Positions 8,948 to 16,383 of a DNA stretch of 32,000 bases are shown here, piece after piece (the first letter of the stretch is position 1; each line of letters opens with the position of its first letter). Location: contig NZ_NESM01000001.1 of assembly GCF_002778285.1 (NCBI RefSeq), forward strand, positions 1,121,934-1,153,933, written 5' to 3'. Under the pieces are notes generated by a model that did not search any database, was not told where the DNA came from, and saw nothing but the letters and a program-made list of their open reading frames with translations. The DNA comes from Limnohabitans sp. 15K (GTDB lineage: Bacteria; Pseudomonadota; Gammaproteobacteria; Burkholderiales; Burkholderiaceae_C). Made by a program: the position numbers and the translations under genes.

Positions 8948-9550
8948 TCACGCCAGTAATTCCACTGCCGAACGCATAAGCTTGGGATTGCTCTCAATGT
9001 ATTTCTGGGTGACTGCCATGCTGCGGTGTCCTGCCAAATCCATCAACACGCGAACCGATACGCCCATCTCACTGAGCTTTGTGATAAAAGTTCTTCTGGA
9101 GCTGTGGGATGAGCCGCCAGTGATACCAGCGCCCTTGTACAAGTAATGAAAATGCTGTGCTAATGTTGACGCTGTGAACCCGCGATTGGGGTTTTTCTGT
9201 GTCGTGAACAATGCACGGGTAGTGTCCGTCATGGTCACAGCCTTCAAGTCTTTCAACTTGAAGCGGGTCTGCAAGTAATTCTTAATTTCTTCCTGCGCTT
9301 TCGCAGACAAGATAACGGTCCTGCCCCGTGATCCCTTCGTCTGATCTGCCGACAGTCGAATTTCTTCAACGATCTCACCAGTCGGGGTGAGCACGTCACA
9401 CAGACGCAGTGCAGCAAGTTCGCCCACGCGCATTCCTGTTGCATTGAGCACGACGAACATGGCGCGATTGCGCGTGCTGTGTTTGCGACTTGCGATGTAC
9501 AGCAGGACTTTGCGAACCTCTTTTTCTGAGAGAACTTTTGCTTGGGACAT
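8948..9550 (-). CDS. Small tyrosine recombinase (catalytic domain only, FimB/FimE-sized), 200 aa
   Basis: TGMRVGELAALRLCDV (catalytic Arg region), HSSRRTFIT (HxxR box) and LAGHRSMAVTQKYI (His and the nucleophile Tyr). Confidence 0.85.
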   Translation of the reverse strand: MSQAKVLSEKEVRKVLLYIASRKHSTRNRAMFVVLNATGMRVGELAALRLCDVLTPTGEIVEEIRLSADQTKGSRGRTVILSAKAQEEIKNYLQTRFKLKDLKAVTMTDTTRALFTTQKNPNRGFTASTLAQHFHYLYKGAGITGGSSHSSRRTFITKLSEMGVSVRVLMDLAGHRSMAVTQKYIESNPKLMRSAVELLA

Positions 9551-9963
9551 TTCAGACTTTCCTTACATATCAAATGATTAACGTGTATTTAGTCTCTTCC
9601 CTTTGATTCGGTCGGACAAGCCTTTTGGCGAAATATTGGAACGTCAATGATTTCAAGCACTTACGACAGGACCAAATGAAATATGAATTTGTTTTGGTTT
9701 TCTGACGTGTCGTGGATCTGAGCGTCTGACGCGCCCACACATGCTTTGTGTCGACGGATCAGAAATATTCGCTTGTACTTGGATCTGATGCGTTCGTGTG
9801 CGTAAGCATGACTTCCCGCGTGCCACTGCGCTAGCTAACCAGCTCATGCTTGTTGACTGCTAGCGCTGGTACCGCATTTTTAGCTACTAATCAAGTTCAA
9901 TTTCAACTCTCTCAATCGATCGATACTGCTCTAGAATTGATAACCGTTTAATTTGGAGACAAA

Positions 9964-10806
9964 GTGAAAAAATACCTACTGTTGCTCGCATCGTGTCTGA
10001 TTACAGCCACCAATGCACAAGAAGTCGTGAACTATGAGTACACAAATCACGAAGGAAAAGTTCAATCCGTTGAAGCAACTCTGCGAAAGCCAACAGGTGC
10101 ATCCAATAACAAAGCAATCGTGATTCTTCATCATGCTGGTGGATGGTCAGAAGGAACGACCAGTCAATACGCAGAGATGTTCTCTGCCAATGGATATACG
10201 ACACTTGAACCTCGCATGTTCAACATGCGCTCACAGATGAAAAACAGCGCTGAGCACCTGTCGCAAGCTATGGGCGGGTTGACTTATTTGGCAGCTCAAC
10301 CTGGCGTTAACAAAGACAAGATTTCATTGATGGGGTTGTCTTTTGGCAGCTGGATTGCTGCTTATGCAGGCACAGAATGGGCAAGTCAAAAATTCACTGA
10401 TGGCAAATTGAAGTACAACAAGATTGCCCCACTGTATGCGGTCTGCTGGCTTCTCGAACGAGGTGCCAAGAAAGAACTGGGCTCGTTGCAAAATAAGTTT
10501 TATCCCGTCGACATGTATGACAAATGGACGCAGGTTCCATTGAAATTCTTTGCTGGGTCGGAAGACAATTACGATGACAAAGATCCGAAAACTTGTCAGA
10601 ACTTCATTGACGTAATTCCAGATGCAACCCAACGTTCTCTATCTTCTGTGAACGTGTACAAAGCGACTCATGGGTGGGACCAGAAGACCGCCACCTTTTT
10701 CGAAAAAGGTGCTTGCAAAGGTAAGGGCTGCAACAACACCAATCAAGCAAATCCTGAAGTCACTGCAAAAGTGAAAGAGGATTTGCTCAAATTCATCAAC
10801 GAATGA
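9964..10806 (+). CDS. Secreted alpha/beta hydrolase, dienelactone-hydrolase-like, 280 aa, GTG start
   Basis: GGAG lies 7 nt before the GTG. Signal peptide MKKYLLLLASCLITATNAQ. VILHHAGGW, nucleophile elbow GLSFGSW (GxSxG), and a C-terminal ATHGWD His. Confidence 0.8.
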   Translation: MKKYLLLLASCLITATNAQEVVNYEYTNHEGKVQSVEATLRKPTGASNNKAIVILHHAGGWSEGTTSQYAEMFSANGYTTLEPRMFNMRSQMKNSAEHLSQAMGGLTYLAAQPGVNKDKISLMGLSFGSWIAAYAGTEWASQKFTDGKLKYNKIAPLYAVCWLLERGAKKELGSLQNKFYPVDMYDKWTQVPLKFFAGSEDNYDDKDPKTCQNFIDVIPDATQRSLSSVNVYKATHGWDQKTATFFEKGACKGKGCNNTNQANPEVTAKVKEDLLKFINE

Positions 10807-10880
10807 TTTTCCGTCTTCCTCATACAACGGAGTCACATCAAGGCTAGGAATGAAATGGGCGTGGGTTCAAAGTTCAATTC

Positions 10881-11240
10881 ATGAACACGAACCCACACCT
10901 CGAATTTGAACTGGCGCAATTCACTGGCACAGAAAAGCTGTACCGATTGACCACACGCCATTTGTTGACTGATGGCACCATGTACCTCGCTGAACATGCG
11001 AAGTGCTATTGGCTGATGATTGCTGTGGCATCACATCTAATTGGGAAGATCGATGACCACTTCGCAGTTGCCAAGCTAAGTGTTGTGGGCAATGGTGCCG
11101 TGCTCACACTCGGTGATGGAAACGTAAATGTCTTCGCCAAGCAATCCATTGAATTCACAGATTTCCCATTGCCCGAAGTGAAGCTGTATTGCTGCTTTGA
11201 TGGGGATCACTGGATGATCATGCTTCCACGTGAATACTGA
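10881..11240 (+). CDS. Small conserved hypothetical protein, 119 aa (possibly the plasmid/ICE-borne DUF6876-type family)
   Basis: The N-terminal LAQFTGTEKLYRL...DGTMYLAEHAKCYWLMIAVASH pattern resembles a family I recall from plasmids and ICEs. The family number is from memory only. Confidence 0.65.
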   Translation: MNTNPHLEFELAQFTGTEKLYRLTTRHLLTDGTMYLAEHAKCYWLMIAVASHLIGKIDDHFAVAKLSVVGNGAVLTLGDGNVNVFAKQSIEFTDFPLPEVKLYCCFDGDHWMIMLPREY

Positions 11241-12020
11241 AATCCCAGACCATGTCATTTCTATTGACATGATTCACATGTCCTGTCACTGACAGCGAAC
11301 CTTCGGTTCACTAAGTGCTTTCGCCACTCATTTCGCTTCGCTCATTCGTATCGCTCAGCACTTCAGTTCGGATTGATTTGATGGGAAATATTCAGATCAC
11401 ATGAAGTGGTCTTTTGGACTTCTGAATTCATCTCTGTACTTGAGCCATAACCACCCTTCTAAAGCGAAGGGGCGGTTACTTTCGTTTTGTCCGTCGCCAC
11501 GTGACAACCAGTTGGATTCACAAGGGATGCTCAATGAGCATTGTCTCTACACGGCAATTCGTGCGTTTCAATGTGAATATGTTTATGGGCATTTTTCGTC
11601 CGCTCTTGGCTCTGCTCCTTACCGTTACCAACAGCGATTTTTAAAGCATCTCTCAGGTGTTTTTGATGCTATGGCGGACTTTGATCAAGTTGCTCTTCTT
11701 GTTCAGCTTGTCACCAAGCCGATTACCGTTTCGATGTGAGAAATGTTCCGATGATTCATCAGTCATTTAAGGCGTCCTTGCGGGGATAGTCTCACAAAGC
11801 GTGTGCTGAACATCACACGATCTACCGTCACACCATCAATAAGAACGGATTGTCGGCACACTTTGAAGCGGTGCTTGCTTGTCATTCAGTTTTGTCATCT
11901 TTATTTATGCCAATCCAGCCATAACCAAATATTTTCTTGACGAAACCAAACGGCACGGACTAGGAAAGAAACGGACACGGCAATAGGCTCAATCTCACTC
12001 ATCAACACAAGGAGATTTCA

Positions 12021-12467
12021 ATGAGTACGATTCTTTCGAGTCTGAAATTGGTCAACGCAAAGCGGGTGAATTCGATTGACCCTGTTGTCTTTCGTCGGAA
12101 CAAACTGAATGAAAAATTGAAGGTTCAGATCGCTATGGCACAGGCAATGAACAAAGGCGAGAAATTCACTGTCAAGCGCATGCGGAATGTGCGTGACGAT
12201 GTGACTGGTTTGACTGCAGTGGTTGAGGTCAGCAAGCGACTCAAGGCTTGGTGGTTCACGAACAATGACACCAAGAAGGTTGCCGTTCAAATCTTCTATG
12301 GCAACAAGGTCATCGATCTAGCGAAGGGTAAGAATGCCGTGGAAGTTGCGAACTGCGATGAACTGATCGCTGTGCTGTCGAAGTTGCAAGAGGCTGTGCT
12401 TGATGGATCGCTAGATGCTCAAATCGAACAGGCAGCGGATTCGGTGAAGGCGCGCTTTGCGAAGTAA
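12021..12467 (+). CDS. Conserved hypothetical protein, 148 aa
   Basis: Strong RBS AAGGAG 7 nt before the ATG. The sequence (SSLKLVNAKR...FRRNKL...WWF...AVLDGSLDAQIEQAA) resembles island-borne hypothetical proteins I recall from proteobacteria. No function known. Confidence 0.75.
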   Translation: MSTILSSLKLVNAKRVNSIDPVVFRRNKLNEKLKVQIAMAQAMNKGEKFTVKRMRNVRDDVTGLTAVVEVSKRLKAWWFTNNDTKKVAVQIFYGNKVIDLAKGKNAVEVANCDELIAVLSKLQEAVLDGSLDAQIEQAADSVKARFAK

Positions 12468-12485
12468 GCATGGCACTGGCAGATC

Positions 12486-12512
12486 GTGAGCGTCCAGTGA
12501 CGGGACGCTCAC
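12486..12512 (+). repeat. Hairpin repeat copy B (10-bp arms, 7-nt spacer)
   Basis: GTGAGCGTCC AGTGACG GGACGCTCAC, a perfect stem, 19 nt after the stop of the 12021-12467 gene. The core AGCGTC-y-AGT-r-ACGGGACGCT is shared with copy A. Confidence 0.7.
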
Positions 12513-12532
12513 ATGTCCTTTGAAAGGACATC
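12512..12532. repeat. Palindrome family copy 3 (perfect 19-bp palindrome ATGTCCTTTGAAAGGACAT plus flanks), intergenic
   Basis: Directly abuts hairpin B and is followed by a third dyad, CCAGC TAGC GCTGG, at 12535-12548. Confidence 0.8.
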
Positions 12533-12579
12533 TTCCAGCTAGCGCTGGCACCAGACTTCATGCAGTCATAAATACATGC

Positions 12580-12930
12580 ATGAAGATCAACGAATTCACC
12601 ACCAATCTCAATACCTACGTTGCCACTGTGCGTGTCGTCTTGCGCAATGGCACGACCATGGCGAAAACGCACGTCATCGCTGATGGCACCAATCAAGCTC
12701 GAATGTTGCTCATGCACTTGTATGGCGAGGGCAATGTCTTTTCAGTTCAAGCTCTTATGGATGAGGAAGTGACAGAGGGCACGAAGACGCTCACGGCATC
12801 TGAGTTGCAGGTCAAGTCACTGACTGACCGTGCCAAGCAACTCAATCAACAAGCGAAAGAGACGAAGGCACGGCAGTCACTAGAGAAGGCTCGCAAACGG
12901 GCGCAAGATATATCAGCCAATGTCTTGTAA
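12580..12930 (+). CDS. Hypothetical protein, about 116 aa
   Basis: ORF 12520-12930 begins with a TTG in the centre of the palindrome, so I prefer the in-frame ATG at 12580 (MKINEFTT...). No clear RBS. Lys/Gln-rich helical C-terminus. Confidence 0.5.
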   Translation: MKINEFTTNLNTYVATVRVVLRNGTTMAKTHVIADGTNQARMLLMHLYGEGNVFSVQALMDEEVTEGTKTLTASELQVKSLTDRAKQLNQQAKETKARQSLEKARKRAQDISANVL

Positions 12931-12941
12931 AAATTTCATGC

Positions 12942-13274
12942 TTATTTAAATCGAAATTTCTCCACACCTTTGTTAGTCGTAACACTAGCCTCCAGAACAT
13001 TGCAAATCCGACCTTTTGTACCAATCATGAACGATAGTGTTTGACCATATTTTAATTTTTTAGGCAACGCTATTTGTTTGTAATATTCGCAATTACCTCT
13101 ATTAAGTTCTAAATTGTGAATTTCGATTTCATCTGTTGTTGATTGAACATCAGCATACTGCACATATTCTCGCCATGTACTTGACCATTTTTGGTTGATT
13201 GATATCGACACAGATGATGCAATCGATGGCATTGATATTGCCAACCCGATAGCAATCAGTAATTTTCTTTTCAT
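12942..13274 (-). CDS. Small secreted hypothetical protein, about 110 aa
   Basis: ORF 12942-13403 trimmed to the internal ATG at 13274, which starts a typical signal peptide MKRKLLIAIGLAISMPSIASS. AT-rich codons. Confidence 0.55.
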   Translation of the reverse strand: MKRKLLIAIGLAISMPSIASSVSISINQKWSSTWREYVQYADVQSTTDEIEIHNLELNRGNCEYYKQIALPKKLKYGQTLSFMIGTKGRICNVLEASVTTNKGVEKFRFK

Positions 13275-13412
13275 TTTTACAACGGTGAGTTTTTTGTGAA
13301 TTGTTGCAGTCCAACAAGAAATTATCAAAAATATCGTCTGCAAAAATTGCATGCAATAACTGTAGGAATTTTTCAATCGTGGGAATAGGCTCATTGCTGT
13401 CAATCACAGTCA

Positions 13413-13808
13413 ATGAGTCAAGAAGTCTGTCAGAGCCGTTTCATCTTTTCCCAGTGCGTGCGTCACATTCGCACGTGGGAAGATGCGCATCTGCCTCTGA
13501 GTCAGAGTCGCATTGCTTTTGATCTGTTCATGCTCATTGCTCAGAGCAGCCAAATTGAACAGCCTATGACGCTAAAGGAATTGTTCAACTCACTCAAGTA
13601 CAGTGAACGTGGCGTTCGTTACGTGTTGGATCAGTTCGTTGACGGAGGCTGGTGCGAAATTGTTGGAAGCGAGAAAGATAAGCGTTTTCGTCTCGTTGTT
13701 GCATCTCAACGACTGACAGATAAGCTGGCAGAATATGAGCAGGTTGTGCTCAGCAATTACCGGTCATCACATCTAACACTATCAGTTAGCGCTGGCTCCA
13801 GCGTCTGA
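13413..13808 (+). CDS. Winged-helix (MarR/ArsR-like) DNA-binding protein, 131 aa
   Basis: MTLKELFNSLKYSERGVRYVLDQFVDGGWCEIVGSEKDKRFRLVVASQRL fits helix-turn-helix plus a beta-wing (DKR..RL). Divergent from the 13274 gene. Confidence 0.65.
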   Translation: MSQEVCQSRFIFSQCVRHIRTWEDAHLPLSQSRIAFDLFMLIAQSSQIEQPMTLKELFNSLKYSERGVRYVLDQFVDGGWCEIVGSEKDKRFRLVVASQRLTDKLAEYEQVVLSNYRSSHLTLSVSAGSSV

Positions 13809-13909
13809 TCCAGCACAGAGCTATCAATCCACTCCACTTACATCTGACATCAACCCCACAAAAGAGTCGCTCAAAACTGGCTTTCGTAGTTCCGAGACAG
13901 ATTGACTGG

Positions 13910-13936
13910 TTCAGCGTCCTATCACTGCACGCTTGA
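13910..13936 (-). repeat. Degenerate, inverted copy C of the hairpin repeat
   Basis: The reverse complement TCAAGCGTGCAGTGATAGGACGCTGAA matches copy A at 20/27. Only a 5-bp stem (AGCGT/ACGCT) remains. It overlaps the GACTGGTTCAG word at 13904-13914. Confidence 0.4.
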
Positions 13937-14269
13937 TCGTCATAGAGCATAAATCAACTGTTTGTACTGACTCAAGCATGCAACGATGCTTTCAAAAAGC
14001 CTCTTCATGGCTTTCAGATTAAAAGACAAAAAGTTTTTCAAGCTAGACAAACATGTCTCTTGCAAACAATAAATACTGACCGGCTTTCGTTCGTCTTTTG
14101 GACCTTAGGCAAGAAGATGCTCAGTCCTACGACCGGTAAGTAAAGTCTCTCGTTGACAAAGCCAAACGACTCAATCAGTAATCGTGTATTAACAAAGGGC
14201 TGATGGAGTTAAAAGCGCGAAAGAGAGACGGAATTCCGCTGCTGCTAAAAATTAATTATGAAATAAAAT

Positions 14270-14890
14270 TCACCCTGTAGCGTCAGCTCCATCACTCAAA
14301 TGCATTTTCTCGCCAAGATAATATAAGCCCCACGCAGTAACGGTAAGAAGTTGAACAAAAAATAGAATATAAATAGATGTTGCCAAAGCACTAAACCAGG
14401 GAATCAAAGCAGGTATAAGTGCAGCTTTGATGGCTGGCGCTAATGTAAGCGCTAATGCCGCACCAATTGTCAACAAAAAACTAAGCATTGTCAGATAGGC
14501 AAACATTACCGCCAAAAATAATCTACGATTTAATTCCAACTTATCAGTTAAAGCCCCTTCAATAAGAAATCTCATTTTCGGAGGATTGCCTGACATTGGT
14601 CTAAGCATCTCTTTGCCACCAAATGTTGCGACAGCCGCTAGAGCCGCCGTATAAAATCCAGGAAGATTTTGAACGAAACTTTGTATTTTGCTTATAAACC
14701 CACTACCACTCCAGATATCAGTAGGATTGGGCTTAATATATCCAAGATAGTCTAACAAACTAGGCAAAAGCCATGCGCCCCCTGTCACGACAGCCACTGC
14801 AATTGGAAAACCCCAGTTCACCCAAAAATGCACTCTATCTGGATGACTTATAGTCAAATAAGAAAAGGGTCTAAGCAACACTTTAAACAC
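14270..14890 (-). CDS. Multi-pass membrane protein, 206 aa, GTG start (third gene of the AT-rich operon)
   Basis: GGAG-N6-GTG lies 12 nt after the upstream stop. Hydrophobic spans by eye: WGFPIAVAVVTGGAWLLPSLL, LPGFYTAALAAVATFGG, LFLAVMFAYLTMLSFLLTIGAALALTLAP, and IPALIPWFSALATSIYILFFVQLLTVTAWGLYYL (probably two helices). No family recognised. Confidence 0.75.
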   Translation of the reverse strand: MFKVLLRPFSYLTISHPDRVHFWVNWGFPIAVAVVTGGAWLLPSLLDYLGYIKPNPTDIWSGSGFISKIQSFVQNLPGFYTAALAAVATFGGKEMLRPMSGNPPKMRFLIEGALTDKLELNRRLFLAVMFAYLTMLSFLLTIGAALALTLAPAIKAALIPALIPWFSALATSIYILFFVQLLTVTAWGLYYLGEKMHLSDGADATG

Positions 14891-14902
14891 AGCAACTCCA
14901 AT

Positions 14903-16081
14903 TCAATCTATTAAATCTTTCATCTTCAAAATAATTTCTTCGGAAATTTTAGTTTGATGGTCAAAATGTGGATTGTCTAACTCAATAATTTCTGATCGCG
15001 TAAAAGCATCTTCAAGTCGATGTGCATTAAATAATTTTTTCTTAATTTGCACATCATCCACATCTCGTTCTTTATATTCAATCCGTATAGTATCCGCATC
15101 AAACTTCCTATTATCAAATGCAGTCTTTAGCAATTTTTTAAGGTAGGGTATATCAGGCTTAACACTTTTCAAATTAACATGCATTTCCATTCTATCTATC
15201 TCCACCGGCACAGTTGAATCAAACGATTGATGCCCTTTATCAATTAAATCGACACCAACAATTCTGCCTTTGTTAATTATTTCAGTTAGAGCCCCATTAG
15301 GCAATGCTGAGAATGAAAAAGCATGTTTAACTTTATATTTTTTCTTTTTACCATCATCATCTAAAATATTTGTTGGCAGAGGAATTTCATCAAACCCAAC
15401 AAGACCACCCGACTTTTTCACCTGTTTATAAACATTATTTAACAAAGATACAATTTTTTGAGGATAAATGCCAGCCCCTGTTGTCATCAACATTTTCCCA
15501 GAAATTGATGATTCATTGAATTTAATCAGCACGTGCGCTGAGACTTCAATATCTTCATCAACTGCTTTATTTCCAAGACGTCTTGTCTTTGAGCCTCTTC
15601 TCCTATAAGCGACATCTGAACGATCAGGATCAGGTTTATTAAGTAATAGCACAAGCTCCCGCGCAGTTTTATCTGACGTCACCTGAGTTACTTCGATCGG
15701 AGTTTTTCCGCACTGTATTTCAATTCCAGACTTTATATATGGAATTATTTTTTCAACAATTTTCCACAGACTAACTTGAGGTGGAATTGGTATTCTTTCA
15801 TCAAGAGAATTTGTACTAACTTGAAGCTCGAAGAAATTGACAGTTCTATTATTGATTTTCACGATATTCCCTTTTTGACCTATGGAGCTTAGACCATTCC
15901 AAACCCTTATTGGAATTACATCATTTACTGCATAGGTTGCCAAGTCCCATATGTGCATTTCTCGTTTTCTGGACTTTATAAGTCTTAGCCGTGAAACTAC
16001 ATCACTCTTTGAGTTGTCTTTGCGAAAGACAAACTGATCGTCTCGTAACAGGTCGCTGATGTCACTGTAATTGGGCATCAT
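14903..16081 (-). CDS. Orphan soluble protein, 392 aa (second gene of the AT-rich operon)
   Basis: Long uninterrupted ORF in about 33 percent G+C DNA, which is very unlikely by chance. Its ATG overlaps the upstream stop (ATGA). Lys/Asp/Ile-rich. I recognise no Walker, DDE, HxK or HNH motif. Confidence 0.8.
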   Translation of the reverse strand: MMPNYSDISDLLRDDQFVFRKDNSKSDVVSRLRLIKSRKREMHIWDLATYAVNDVIPIRVWNGLSSIGQKGNIVKINNRTVNFFELQVSTNSLDERIPIPPQVSLWKIVEKIIPYIKSGIEIQCGKTPIEVTQVTSDKTARELVLLLNKPDPDRSDVAYRRRGSKTRRLGNKAVDEDIEVSAHVLIKFNESSISGKMLMTTGAGIYPQKIVSLLNNVYKQVKKSGGLVGFDEIPLPTNILDDDGKKKKYKVKHAFSFSALPNGALTEIINKGRIVGVDLIDKGHQSFDSTVPVEIDRMEMHVNLKSVKPDIPYLKKLLKTAFDNRKFDADTIRIEYKERDVDDVQIKKKLFNAHRLEDAFTRSEIIELDNPHFDHQTKISEEIILKMKDLID

Positions 16082-16383
16082 TCAAACCACAAGTCCACCA
16101 ACTCTGGTGCCACCTTCAATGTGAGTCTTTCTTGCCTGAGCTTGCCTTTCTTGTAGATAGAAAACACATGCTCAGCACCCAGCAAGCAGCCGTTGACTGA
16201 GCGTGTACCTGACTTCGTCAAAAGCCTTGCAATTGCCTCAAACGTCAGTTCTTCACGCTCACGTAACAAAAAGACTCTGTCAAACAGCCGTTGCTGACAG
16301 TTTGAGTAGTGTTTCTTGTAGATTTCCTTGCTTTTCAGTTTGACGACCATGACCACTCTTGTCTGATCGTCAAAATTACTCAC
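16078..16383 (-). CDS. Small HTH protein resembling the DNA-binding recombinase-domain segment of serine recombinases, 101 aa (or 90 aa from the ATG at 16350)
   Basis: LTFEAIARLLTKSGTRSVNGCLLGAEHVFSIYKKGKL parallels ATYIKQVLDSNGVSPRRKKGLWTIGSINALLKN in the element's own recombinase. The GTG at 16383 lies inside IR-R, 8 nt after the glmS stop, with no SD. The ATG at 16350 has a weak GAGTGG upstream. Confidence 0.6.
   Translation of the reverse strand: MSNFDDQTRVVMVVKLKSKEIYKKHYSNCQQRLFDRVFLLREREELTFEAIARLLTKSGTRSVNGCLLGAEHVFSIYKKGKLRQERLTLKVAPELVDLWFE

Noticed and set aside
9859-9873. GCTAGCGCTGG-N-ACC shared between 9859-9873 and 12536-12550 (14/15).
   Set aside because: Matches of this length and quality are expected many times by chance among all position pairs in 32 kb.
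11401-11739. 112-aa ORF in the long non-coding stretch.
   Set aside because: It has no RBS, an odd composition, and no coupling to neighbours. I treat the region as non-coding pending evidence.
12520-12579. The TTG-initiated N-terminal extension of the 12520-12930 ORF.
   Set aside because: The TTG lies at the centre of the 19-bp palindrome and the extension covers the dyad cluster. The ATG at 12580 is more plausible.
15389-15595. Possible nucleotidyltransferase motif GS-x12-DIEV (residues 163-180) and a sirtuin-like GAGIY (residues 202-206) in the 392-aa protein. These would make the operon a CBASS-like or SIR2-like system.
   Set aside because: These are short, isolated matches in a poor context: the residue before GS is Arg, not hydrophobic, and GAGIY lacks the Ser and the downstream GIP.FR. 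I could identify no supporting third acidic residue or catalytic His. The matches are worth testing by structure prediction, but I do not claim them.
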